From Chloroflexota bacterium (GTDB taxonomy: Bacteria; Chloroflexota; Anaerolineae; Anaerolineales; DRMV01), in NCBI GenBank assembly GCA_011322445.1, contig DRMV01000020.1, positions 64,157-128,156 on the forward strand: a stretch of DNA of 64,000 bases, in the 5' to 3' direction. Below, piece after piece: positions 1 through 8,604 of the stretch. A program made the translations under genes and the position numbers. Position 1 is the first letter of the stretch, and the number at the start of each line of letters is the position of its first letter. The notes under the pieces were generated by a model. That model made no database searches, was not told where the DNA came from, and saw only the letters and a program-made list of their open reading frames with translations.

Positions 1-652
1 CCTCAACCTCCTCGCCTGCCTGCCAGAACAGCAAGTAGGGCGAGATGGTCGTGCCCAGAAGCCCCAGGGAAGCCATCGTCCACGCTTTATGGCCGCCGAT
101 ATGGGGCGCGAAAGTGGCCTGCAGAAGCGCCGCCCAATCGGGCTTTGCCATGATAGCAGCGGCCACATAAGCCAAAAGCACCGCCGTGAGGAACACCAAA
201 ATGCGCTTGATTTGGGTATAACCACGGTGAAGCACCACCAACAGCGAGACCAAAATGAGGGGGACAAAAAACTCCCAGCGAACCCCCGTGGCAATCTGAA
301 GCGCAGAAGCCACCCCGGCAGCATCGGCAGCAATGGTAGCAATGTTGGCGATGGCTAAAACCAGCACAATGATTAGTGCCGCCGCCCGCCCGTACCGCTT
401 CCTCACCACCGCGGCAAGGCCATCATGGGCAGCAACCGCAATCCGCGCGGCCATACTGTTCGCTGCGGCCAGCATGGGCGTCGAAAGCACCAACAGCCAC
501 AACTGGCTGAACCCGGTGGTCGCGCCCACCACCGTATAGGTCAACACCCCTGCCGGGTCATCCCCCGCGCCCCCTGTGATCAAGGCCGGCAGCGACTCTT
601 TCAACAGTTCTTTCGCCCTGGCTTCCTCGCTTTCCAGGCGCTTATTTGCCAT
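1..652 (-). CDS. Nramp-family divalent metal cation transporter (N-terminal part; gene runs off the window start)
   Basis: Absent from the ORF track because it has no stop inside the window. Manual reverse translation from ATG at 652 gives MANKRLESEEARAKELLKESLPALITGGAGDDPAGVLTYTVVGATTGFSQLWLLVLSTPML..., followed by hydrophobic helices. This is the GxDDPxGxxTY / FxxLW N-terminal signature of Nramp/MntH-like transporters. The frame stays open to position 1. Confidence 0.7.
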   Translation of the reverse strand, partial: MANKRLESEEARAKELLKESLPALITGGAGDDPAGVLTYTVVGATTGFSQLWLLVLSTPMLAAANSMAARIAVAAHDGLAAVVRKRYGRAAALIIVLVLAIANIATIAADAAGVASALQIATGVRWEFFVPLILVSLLVVLHRGYTQIKRILVFLTAVLLAYVAAAIMAKPDWAALLQATFAPHIGGHKAWTMASLGLLGTTISPYLLFWQAGEEVE

Positions 653-656
653 CAGC

Positions 657-1970
657 TCACCTTGGTGCCGCTCGTGAGAGCAAAGAGGCTTTCAACTGCC
701 GCTTTCGCCGATAGTACAGCACCTCTAACGCATAACTCAGCACGAAAAGGCCGAGGGAAGTGAAAAACAAAGGCTTGTCTTGGTGCCATTGGTTGATCAC
801 CAACTCAATCGCCACCAGCGAGATGACCATCAGGTTGAAAAAGACAATGCCGCGGTGCCCCCCTACTTCCTCAGCCAACAAGAGGTGCGCATAAAGCACG
901 AAAATGTAAATGACCGTCATAATCAAACTGGTCATAGAAGCAATTTCGCCAATGTCAAAAAACAGGGCGAAAACCATACCCAGCACCGCCGTAAGATACA
1001 ACCCCAAATGCTCACTAAACCACTCTTTCCGCGAATACTCCTCGGGCAAAGGCAGTTCACCATCTTTCATCAAAGCGTACGCGACGTTGGCCCCCCCGTA
1101 AAGGGTGGCATTCAAGGCTGAGGATATCGAGAAAAGGGCACCAATGCTAAGAAGCAGGAAGCCAAACTGCCCCAGCGCCGGTTCAGCAGCCACGGCGAGG
1201 GCATTCTCCCCAAATTTTTGCAGTTCACCCATGGGCAAAGCGCCCACAGCCGCCACCGAGACGCCAATATAGACAATCATCACAATGACGATACTGATAT
1301 AAATCGCCCGGGGCACGTTGCGCTGCGGGTCTTTCATGTTTTCGCTGGCATTGGTCACCAAACCAAAGCCCATGTAAGAGAGGAAGAAAATAATCGAAGC
1401 CGCGAGTACGCCGTTCAGGCCAGTCGGTGAGGCATCGGGCTTGAGATATCCGGGGTGGAGCACGGTGAAGCCAGCGACAATAAACACGCCCAACACCGTG
1501 AGTTTGACCATCACAATCCAAAACTCCGCTTTGCCCACGGCCTTTGCCCCGCCGAAATAATTCAACGAGCCGAACAAAGCAATCACCAGCACTTCAACCC
1601 CCATCTTCACCACCGGTGCACTCAAGCCAATCAAAGGCAAAAAATAGCCAGCAAAGCCCGACGCAAAAAGCGAAATCGAGACCACAAAACTAAGCCACAT
1701 GAGGATGCTCAAAGTCCCCACAAGAGGGGAGTCGCCCAGCCCTTTCAAGATAAAGGCAATCGGCCCCGCGTTCGAGACAATTTTGCTTCCCATCTTGCCG
1801 TAGGAATATGCCACCATGGCCGCATAGACCCCCGAGACGACAAACGCCCAGGGGAGATCTCGGCCTGCAATTTGAACGCCCACCCCGAAAATCGAAAAGA
1901 TACTGGCGCCAATCATGGTGCCCACGGCCATAGCGATGGCTTCGACTAACGAAATTTTGCCTTTACGCAT
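657..1970 (-). CDS. APC-superfamily amino acid permease
   Basis: 437-aa polytopic membrane ORF. The N-terminus SLVEAIAMAVGTMIGASIFSIFG is typical of amino acid/polyamine/organocation permeases. The stop lies 4 nt from the Nramp start. Confidence 0.85.
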   Translation of the reverse strand: MRKGKISLVEAIAMAVGTMIGASIFSIFGVGVQIAGRDLPWAFVVSGVYAAMVAYSYGKMGSKIVSNAGPIAFILKGLGDSPLVGTLSILMWLSFVVSISLFASGFAGYFLPLIGLSAPVVKMGVEVLVIALFGSLNYFGGAKAVGKAEFWIVMVKLTVLGVFIVAGFTVLHPGYLKPDASPTGLNGVLAASIIFFLSYMGFGLVTNASENMKDPQRNVPRAIYISIVIVMIVYIGVSVAAVGALPMGELQKFGENALAVAAEPALGQFGFLLLSIGALFSISSALNATLYGGANVAYALMKDGELPLPEEYSRKEWFSEHLGLYLTAVLGMVFALFFDIGEIASMTSLIMTVIYIFVLYAHLLLAEEVGGHRGIVFFNLMVISLVAIELVINQWHQDKPLFFTSLGLFVLSYALEVLYYRRKRQLKASLLSRAAPR

Positions 1971-2024
1971 GTCTTCCGCCTCCTCGCGAGTACACCTTCC
2001 ACTTCCTCAGAGCACAACGCCCTA

Positions 2025-2564
2025 TCATCGTCCACGCCGCAGCACCAACACCACCGCGCCGACCAACACAAAAGCCAAACCCAGACCCACCAGCGCGAAC
2101 TTAACCGTGGCACAACCTGCCGCCAGGGAAGGCCAGAACTCCGCGCGCGAGCCCAACAGCCAGCGAATCAAGGCCCAGTTCTCCACAGCATCCAGCACAG
2201 CAGCCAAAACCTGCCCCCAGGCCAGCCCCACCGCCATCCGTGCAGCCGCGCCCCCTAACTTCTCCCCCACCAGCACACAACCCAGCCCGATGGTCAGAGC
2301 ATAGAGCACCATGAAAAGATAATCAACCCCCAGGCTCAAGCCCGCGGCAATACGCGCCGTCGCATCCCACGACGCCAAAATCGCCTGCGCCTGCTCAGGA
2401 CCGCCGGCAAACTCAAAAGAGACAATGCCATTCGGCGCGGCCGCGGTGTGCAAAGGCACATCCAGGGCGCTGATGGCAGCGAACACCACCAGCGTAGCGA
2501 TCAATAACACCCCAAAAGCCGCACGGCGGTGCATCGGGGCCAGCCAACTCAAAGGGTGGGGCAT
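2025..2564 (-). CDS. hypothetical integral membrane protein
   Basis: Start re-assigned to ATG 2564 (MPHPLSW...), 7 nt downstream of AAGGAGGT. About 4-5 hydrophobic helices. No recognisable family motif. Confidence 0.55.
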   Translation of the reverse strand: MPHPLSWLAPMHRRAAFGVLLIATLVVFAAISALDVPLHTAAAPNGIVSFEFAGGPEQAQAILASWDATARIAAGLSLGVDYLFMVLYALTIGLGCVLVGEKLGGAAARMAVGLAWGQVLAAVLDAVENWALIRWLLGSRAEFWPSLAAGCATVKFALVGLGLAFVLVGAVVLVLRRGR

Positions 2565-2765
2565 CGTGAGACCTCCTTGGCGGGACAAACTTCACACACT
2601 GCTTCCATTGGTTTCGACAAAATACAGCCACAGGAAAGCGCTTCAGCGCGACTCCGCAAAGCACTACCGCCTGCGCAGCGCCATCGCGACGCGCTATGGT
2701 TATGATACCATGTTGCGCTGAATGCTCGCCTGCCCCCTATCAGCAGCCCCCCAGGCCCAGCGTGC

Positions 2766-4499
2766 TCAGGCACGGCGGGCTTTTTCCAGCCGTTCACGCA
2801 CCTCTGCCGGAGAAGCCAGCGAAAGCACCTCTGTCGCGAGGGCCTGCGCCTCGGCAAGCGGCCATGCTCGCACCGCGGCTTTCACCGCCGGAATCGAAGG
2901 CGCGGCCATGCTCAGTTCATCCACACCCAGGCCCAAAAGCACCGGAGCAGCCAGCGGGTCACCGCCGAGTTCCCCGCACACCCCTACCCAAACATCGTGG
3001 GCATGGGCAGCCTCCACCACCTGCTTGATCAGCCGCAACACCGCAGGATGCAACGCGTCGGCCATCGGCCCCACCGCCGGGTGCGTGCGGTCGGCGGCCA
3101 GGGTATATTGCGAGAGGTCGTTGGTGCCAATGCTGAAGAAATCCACTTCGCGCGCGAGCACATCGGCCAGCACCGCCGCGGAGGGTATCTCGATCATCAC
3201 TCCCACTTCCACGTTTTGCGCGTAAGGCAAGCCTTCTGCTTCCAACGCCTGACGAACAGCCGCCAGGTGGGTTTTAGCCGCGCACACTTCATCTACCGAC
3301 GCCACCATGGGGAACATGATTTTGACGCCCTCGGCATTCGCGCCAGCGCGCAAAATCGCGCGCAGTTGGGTGCGGAACATTTCCGGATGCGCCAGAGAAA
3401 GGCGAATGCCCCGCTGGCCGAGGAAGGGATTGGCTTCGGCGGGCAGGTGCAGATACGGAATGTCTTTGTCGCCGCCAATGTCGGCGGTGCGGAAGATGAC
3501 CGGCCGCCCGGCCATGACTTCCAGGTAAGGTGCATAAGCCGCCATTTGCTCTTCTTCGTCCGGCGGCGACGTCCGCTCCATGTAAAGGAATTCCGTGCGC
3601 AAGAGGCCTACGCCCTCGGCCCCGAAAGCCAGGGCCTGCTCGGCCTCCTCCCGGCCACCGCCGCCCAAATTAGCGCCAATTTCCACCCGGTGGCCGTCAG
3701 GCGTAATCGCGGGCGCGCCGGCCTCGGCCTGCGCGCTGCGGCGCGCCCGCGCCAGCGCGGTTTCCCGTTCCCGGTAGGCAGCCAGGGTGGCTTCCTCAGG
3801 GGAAACAATGACCTCGCCCGCCTCGCCATCGACGATCATCAAGACGCCTTCCCGTGCAGTTTCCAGCACGGCAGCATCAACCCCCACCACGGCAGGCAAC
3901 CCCAAACCGCGCGCCAAAATGGCGACATGCGAGGTTTTGCTGCCCTGCACCGTGCAAAAACCGCGCACGAGTTCGTGAGGAAGCAAAATCGTCTGAGAAG
4001 GGGTGAGTTCCTGCGCCACAATCACAGAAGGCTTTTCGGGCTGGGCAATGGCCCCTGCCGTGCCGCTCAGATGAGCCGCGACCCGCGCACCGACGTCGCG
4101 CAAATCCACCGCGCGGGCGCTGAACACCGGGTCGTTCAACGCTTCAAGCATGGCCGCCTGGGCCTCAATGGCCTGCTGCCAGGCTGTGAGGGCGCTTGTG
4201 CCCTCGCGAATGGCCGCTTCGACCTGCTGCGTCAAGGTCGGGTCATCCAAAAACATGGCGTGGACTTTGAAAATCTCGGCCTCTTGCCCCCCCACACGAC
4301 GCTGGGCTTCCTCATAGAGCCTTTGAATTTCTTCACGGGCGGCTTGCAAGGCGCGCTTCAGGCGGGCAAGTTCTTCTTCGGGGCTTCCCACCGATGCCGA
4401 GGCCCCCTGCCCCTTTGTGGAAGCAGCCGCAAACAAAAACGCCGGGGCAATTGCCACCCCGCCGGAAGCCGCAATGCCGCGAAATCGTCGTTCAGTCAT
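2766..4499 (-). CDS. ptsI: phosphoenolpyruvate-protein phosphotransferase (PTS enzyme I)
   Basis: The full-length architecture matches EI: MTERRFRGIAASGGVAIA N-terminus, the phosphohistidine region CTVQGSKTSHVAILARGLGLPAVVG, and a PEP-utilising C-domain (GLLRTEFLYM, FFSIGTNDLSQY). Start taken at ATG 4499, overlapping the SorC stop by 8 nt. Confidence 0.9.
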   Translation of the reverse strand: MTERRFRGIAASGGVAIAPAFLFAAASTKGQGASASVGSPEEELARLKRALQAAREEIQRLYEEAQRRVGGQEAEIFKVHAMFLDDPTLTQQVEAAIREGTSALTAWQQAIEAQAAMLEALNDPVFSARAVDLRDVGARVAAHLSGTAGAIAQPEKPSVIVAQELTPSQTILLPHELVRGFCTVQGSKTSHVAILARGLGLPAVVGVDAAVLETAREGVLMIVDGEAGEVIVSPEEATLAAYRERETALARARRSAQAEAGAPAITPDGHRVEIGANLGGGGREEAEQALAFGAEGVGLLRTEFLYMERTSPPDEEEQMAAYAPYLEVMAGRPVIFRTADIGGDKDIPYLHLPAEANPFLGQRGIRLSLAHPEMFRTQLRAILRAGANAEGVKIMFPMVASVDEVCAAKTHLAAVRQALEAEGLPYAQNVEVGVMIEIPSAAVLADVLAREVDFFSIGTNDLSQYTLAADRTHPAVGPMADALHPAVLRLIKQVVEAAHAHDVWVGVCGELGGDPLAAPVLLGLGVDELSMAAPSIPAVKAAVRAWPLAEAQALATEVLSLASPAEVRERLEKARRA

Positions 4500-5478
4500 G
4501 GTTTTGTCCTTGAGGCGTTGTGGCATCCAGGGAAAGGATCAATTCTGCGGCTTCGCTATCGGTCACCAGGTAATCAATGACACCGCTGCGCAACGCACCG
4601 AGGATGGCCGGGGCCTTTCTGCGTCCCCCAGCCACGCCCACCACCACGGGGATGCGCGTCAATCCTTCCCACGAGATGCCAATCAGCCGACGATGGAGGT
4701 CCAAATCGAGCAGTTCGCCATGCTGGTTATAGAAATAACCGCAGACATCCCCCACGCCGCCCAAGGCGGTAATCTGCTCCAGGTCGGCTTCCGAGAGCAG
4801 TTGCGCATTGAACATGCTGGAAAGCGTCGGCGGGGAAACCGCGCCAATGCCCACCAGGGCGATATCGGCCTGCTCGGCCAGCGCGATGGCATCGCGCACC
4901 GCTGGCGCGCTGACGATGGCCTCACGGGCTTCGGGGGTGCTGGCAAGCAAAGGGGCTGGCAGGTAACGGTATTGCCCAGAAAGCGTCTGCGCCAGCCAGC
5001 GGGTGAGGTCAGGGCCATCCAGCAAGGGGTTTACCGAGCCTACGGTGCCCATCAATTGCACCACGGTCACGCCTTTTTGGCGCGCCGAGCGCAAGGCGCT
5101 CACCACCTGATACACCCCGGTGCTCCAGGCAATGCCGAGTACCGACTTGCCTTCCAGCAACTCGGCCAGGCGGTTCGCGGCCAACACACCTAACGCCTGC
5201 ACCACCTGCATATAGCCGCGCCCGCCCCGGTCCATCACCAGCGCTTCCTGCAAGGGGAAACGCCGTTCTAACCGTGATTGCAGTTCCGCCACCCGGCTCC
5301 ACGGCCCTTGAATGCGAATTTCCACAATGCCAAGGTCGCGAGCCTCTGCCAACCAGCGCGAAACCTGCGAGCGGGAAACCCCCATCTCGCGCGCAATCTG
5401 CGCCTGTGTCAGATCTTGCTCATAATACAGGCGAGCCACGCGCGCCAGTTTCAGGTGATAGGGATCGGTGGTCGGCAT
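4492..5478 (-). CDS. SorC/DeoR-type sugar-binding transcriptional regulator
   Basis: N-terminal HTH LTQAQIAREMGVSRSQVSRWLAEARDLGIVEIRI followed by a sugar-phosphate-binding domain of the SorC/CggR type. 328 aa. Confidence 0.85.
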   Translation of the reverse strand: MPTTDPYHLKLARVARLYYEQDLTQAQIAREMGVSRSQVSRWLAEARDLGIVEIRIQGPWSRVAELQSRLERRFPLQEALVMDRGGRGYMQVVQALGVLAANRLAELLEGKSVLGIAWSTGVYQVVSALRSARQKGVTVVQLMGTVGSVNPLLDGPDLTRWLAQTLSGQYRYLPAPLLASTPEAREAIVSAPAVRDAIALAEQADIALVGIGAVSPPTLSSMFNAQLLSEADLEQITALGGVGDVCGYFYNQHGELLDLDLHRRLIGISWEGLTRIPVVVGVAGGRRKAPAILGALRSGVIDYLVTDSEAAELILSLDATTPQGQNHD

Positions 5479-5502
5479 ACAATTTCACCCATCGGCGAGG
5501 TG

Positions 5503-5829
5503 TCAGCCCTTGCTTTCGGTTTTGCTTTCAGTTTCGGTTTCGCCTTCGCCAAAATTGCTTTCTGCCAACGCCTTCAGGGCTTGCAGCGCCTCCGCAGCAT
5601 CTTCTCCCGAAGCGACGATCTCGATTTCGTGCCCCTGCGCCACACCAATGCTCATCACACCCAAGATGCTTTTGGCATCAACGAAGGGCGTGCCGCGGGT
5701 GATATTGCGGACCTGCACGTTGGCCTGGAACTCACCAGCCGTTTGGACAAACAACGCTGCGGGGCGCGCGTGTAGCCCTACGGGGTTATTGATTTGCAAC
5801 ACCAGGGATAAACTTTCGCCTTCGCTCAT
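5503..5829 (-). CDS. ptsH: HPr-family phosphocarrier protein
   Basis: NPVGLHARPAALFV active-site His motif and the SILGVMSIG region. It carries an acidic E/T/S-rich C-terminal tail. The start (ATG 5829 or GTG 5832) overlaps the dhaM stop. Confidence 0.85.
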   Translation of the reverse strand: MSEGESLSLVLQINNPVGLHARPAALFVQTAGEFQANVQVRNITRGTPFVDAKSILGVMSIGVAQGHEIEIVASGEDAAEALQALKALAESNFGEGETETESKTESKG

Positions 5830-6224
5830 CACAAAATTTTCCTCATCGTGCTGGCAGCCTCGGCGGCCTTTTTGACTTCGTCTAACCCACGCCCCAGCGA
5901 GGCTTCCACAGCAGCCACAATGGCACCCTCGACCAGCGGGGCATCAGTCATTTGAATTTTTTCCTGTTGGTCGGCATCCATCATCTCGATGGCCATTTGG
6001 GCACTCATCACTGCACTGCCCAAATCCATCAGCACCAACACCCCATCGGGGGAATATGCGGCCTGCAAGGCTGCGAAAATCCGCTCGGCGTTGGTGCCCA
6101 GGGTTTCATCATCCACACCACCAGCGGCGGCAATTGCCACGCGCCCCTGGCTCATCTGTTCAGCCATTTCCTTGACGCCCTCGGCCACCTTGGCGCTGTG
6201 TGAAACAACAACGATTCCAATCAT
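5829..6224 (-). CDS. dhaM: dihydroxyacetone kinase phosphotransfer subunit (EIIA-Man-like single domain)
   Basis: MIGIVVVSHSAKVAEGVKEMAEQM... has the EIIA(Man)/DhaM N-terminal His motif (VSHS). Start ATG 6224 has an AAGGAG SD and an ATGA overlap with the preceding methyltransferase stop. dhaK and dhaL lie in the same operon. Confidence 0.8.
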   Translation of the reverse strand: MIGIVVVSHSAKVAEGVKEMAEQMSQGRVAIAAAGGVDDETLGTNAERIFAALQAAYSPDGVLVLMDLGSAVMSAQMAIEMMDADQQEKIQMTDAPLVEGAIVAAVEASLGRGLDEVKKAAEAASTMRKIL

Positions 6225-6859
6225 CTGCTTTGCTCCTTCGACGCGCGGCACCGAGGGCAAGTGGCAACTTCATGAACCGTCTCTTCTGTCCAGGGGTCAT
6301 CCCAAGAAGGCGGCTCTTTGAACCCCACCGCGCCGCACGCACAAGCATACCATCCCGGCGGGGCCGCGTCAAGACTCATCCTCGGCGCCTGCAAATCCAC
6401 GAGTTCGACGCCCATGTGCCAACGGGCGTTGGTAAACAAACGCTGCGCCCCCACGGCTTGCAGCCGTGAGAAAAAAACGGCGAAATGTTCCGAATGACGC
6501 ACCAACAAGATCCCCGTGGTCACATCATGGGGAAAGGGGAAATCCAGTGCGTTGGCGCAAATAACTTGCAAATTGGGCGGTAGCCCGGCGCCCATGCGAT
6601 GTAAAAAGTCGGCCACCAACGTCGGATGCACCTCTACCGCATAGACCTTGCGCACACGCCGGGCAGCCGCGACAGCCAGCCGGAAATCGCCTGCCCCAAT
6701 GTCCAGCACGACGTCTTCGGGTTTCAAGTGCTCTAACACAAAAGCATACACCGAAGGATCGTAAGGGGCGTACCACACTTCCCAGGGGCTCAATCCCCGT
6801 TGCGCCGCAAACGCGGCCACGTCGCCCTGGAACTGCGGGGCCTTGGCTTCCCACTTCAT
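6221..6859 (-). CDS. class I SAM-dependent methyltransferase with a Cys-rich C-terminal tail
   Basis: Motif I VVLDIGAGDFRLAVAAA, then RKVYAVEV. The C-terminal part contains YACACGAVG ... ATCPRCR (four Cys, zinc-ribbon-like). Start ATG 6859 overlaps the upstream stop (ATGA). Confidence 0.7.
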   Translation of the reverse strand: MKWEAKAPQFQGDVAAFAAQRGLSPWEVWYAPYDPSVYAFVLEHLKPEDVVLDIGAGDFRLAVAAARRVRKVYAVEVHPTLVADFLHRMGAGLPPNLQVICANALDFPFPHDVTTGILLVRHSEHFAVFFSRLQAVGAQRLFTNARWHMGVELVDLQAPRMSLDAAPPGWYACACGAVGFKEPPSWDDPWTEETVHEVATCPRCRASKEQSR

Positions 6860-7119
6860 CGTGAATGTAACCAACGGCTCAAAGTGAAAACGAACAGGAA
6901 CACCAACCACATGGCAGCGGTCATCACGGCCGCGACTTTCAAACTCACCTGCCAGTCAGCCCCCGGAGGAGCAGACAGCCACACCAGCACAAACACCGCC
7001 AGGGTCAAAAGCACCATCAACACCGTGCCTGTCCGGCGGCTTATCCAGGGCTTTGCCGTGCTCTTCGTCGTGCTGACTTCTACGGCTTCTTGCTCTTGTG
7101 CATCCCGTTTTTTGCTCAA
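6856..7119 (-). CDS. small two-TM membrane protein (87 aa)
   Basis: TTG start at 7119 lies 5 nt downstream of GGAGG. MSKKRDAQEQEAVEV... is followed by two hydrophobic helices (VLMVLLTLAVFVLVWL, AAVMTAAMWLVFLFVFTL). The track ORF start at 7194 would overlap the upstream anchor gene. Confidence 0.5.
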   Translation of the reverse strand: MSKKRDAQEQEAVEVSTTKSTAKPWISRRTGTVLMVLLTLAVFVLVWLSAPPGADWQVSLKVAAVMTAAMWLVFLFVFTLSRWLHSR

Positions 7120-7141
7120 AACAACCTCCGGAAATCGGTTT

Positions 7142-7474
7142 TCACACAATGGCGGCGAACAACCAAAGCCCATAGCCAAACAACAACAGCCCAAGCAGGG
7201 TCAACGCGACGGTCACGCCTCGCGCGGTTTTGGCCGAGACACCGCTATCGAGCACAAGGGCACGCACACCAGCCAGCGCGTGGAAAATCACCGTGGCAAG
7301 AAACAGGATTTCCAGCGTCAGCACCCACGGGTTGGAAAGATAATCCACCACCTGCTGGTAAGTCAGCAGCCCTCCCGCGGCAAAGTGGTTGACAATCAGG
7401 TGCACCGCCAACAGCACCACCAGCAGCAATCCACTCAAAGCCTGCCAAACCCAGGTGTTCAGGCGTCGTGACAT
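7142..7474 (-). CDS. succinate dehydrogenase/fumarate reductase-type membrane anchor subunit (SdhD-like)
   Basis: 110 aa with three TM helices. His-containing helices (LLAVHLIVNH, VIFHALAGVRA) are typical of small Sdh/Frd anchor subunits. It follows the SdhC-like gene by 10 nt. Confidence 0.7.
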   Translation of the reverse strand: MSRRLNTWVWQALSGLLLVVLLAVHLIVNHFAAGGLLTYQQVVDYLSNPWVLTLEILFLATVIFHALAGVRALVLDSGVSAKTARGVTVALTLLGLLLFGYGLWLFAAIV

Positions 7475-7484
7475 TGCGGTCTCC

Positions 7485-7886
7485 TTAGAGCATCAGCACG
7501 GCAGCAACGAGCGTCAACAGCGCCGAAAGCACCACCGTGCCCCAGAACATGGCTTCGTGCCGCTCCACGCCCACGTTGAGGCCCATGAGCATCAAGCGCA
7601 AGCCATTCAAGCCGTGGAAAAGTGTTGCGGCGATCAGCCCTACCTCAAGCACCGTAATCCAGAGGCTTTTCATGGCCGCCACCATGGCAGCGTATGCTTC
7701 TGGTCCACGAGCCAGATAACTCAAAAAGTAAAAATGGAGGAACAGGTAAAACACCAGCACCAAGCCGGTCAAACGGTGGAGTACGAAAGCCCAACCACCC
7801 ACACTGCGTCCTCGCAGGCGGAACCAGTCGCCAAAACGGCGCTTCGGTTGACGCGGCTCAGGTCGTTGGTAAGTATCAGAAACCAT
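7485..7886 (-). CDS. succinate dehydrogenase-type cytochrome b subunit (SdhC-like)
   Basis: 133 aa. HRLTGLVLVFYLFLHF and LFHGLNGLRLM motifs, three TM helices. Confidence 0.7.
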   Translation of the reverse strand: MVSDTYQRPEPRQPKRRFGDWFRLRGRSVGGWAFVLHRLTGLVLVFYLFLHFYFLSYLARGPEAYAAMVAAMKSLWITVLEVGLIAATLFHGLNGLRLMLMGLNVGVERHEAMFWGTVVLSALLTLVAAVLML

Positions 7887-7904
7887 GACGTCCTCCTCCA
7901 GCGC

Positions 7905-8603
7905 CTATTTGTGCTTGCCCGCGAGCAGTGTTTCCCGCAGGTACATGATCATGCTGCCCGGGTTGACGTCGTTGGGGCATGCCGCCGAACATTCCATGGC
8001 AGCATGGCAACGCCAGCACCCAGACTCGTTGTCTACCATCGCCAACACCGTGGGGACGCTCTGGCCGCGCGGCTCTTGCACTACTCGCGCTGCCGCAGCC
8101 AGGGCGGCCGGGCCCAGGTAGTCGGGGTCTGTCGCGACCACGGGGCACGCCGAGAGACACAAACCACACTCCAGACAGCTCTCAAAGCGCATGTAGGTGC
8201 CAACGGCTTCCGGCGGGGTGGCTTCCGGCCAATATTCGCTCTGGCGGATGTAAGGCATGCCCACCGGTTCGTATTTCTCGAAGAACGGCGTCATGTCTAC
8301 CACCAGGTCGCTCACCAGCGGCGCGTTGCGGAGCGGCTCCACGACGACCGTCTTGGTTTTCAGCGCCAGGACATTGGTTACACAGGCCAACACCTCTTTG
8401 CCGTTGACCAGCATACCGCACGTGCCGCAGGAACCGTGGTGACACGAATGGCGGTAGGTCAGCGTGGGGTCATCCAGCCGCAGCATTTCCAACACATCGA
8501 GCACGGTGGTGTGGTCTTCCACTTCCACCTGGAAAGTATCGTAACGCGGCGGGTCGATTTCACCGGGCTTGTAGCGAAAGATTTTGAAGGTCACCGTTGC
8601 CAT
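7905..8603 (-). CDS. succinate dehydrogenase/fumarate reductase-type iron-sulfur subunit (SdhB-like)
   Basis: Carries the 2Fe-2S motif SCHHGSCGTCGMLVNGKEVLAC, the 4Fe-4S motif CLECGLCLSACP and the 3Fe-4S motif CWRCHAAMECSAACP. Start ATG 8603 (MATVTFKIFRY) lies 1 nt after the GlpA-like stop. Confidence 0.85.
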   Translation of the reverse strand: MATVTFKIFRYKPGEIDPPRYDTFQVEVEDHTTVLDVLEMLRLDDPTLTYRHSCHHGSCGTCGMLVNGKEVLACVTNVLALKTKTVVVEPLRNAPLVSDLVVDMTPFFEKYEPVGMPYIRQSEYWPEATPPEAVGTYMRFESCLECGLCLSACPVVATDPDYLGPAALAAAARVVQEPRGQSVPTVLAMVDNESGCWRCHAAMECSAACPNDVNPGSMIMYLRETLLAGKHK

Positions 8604-8604
8604 G

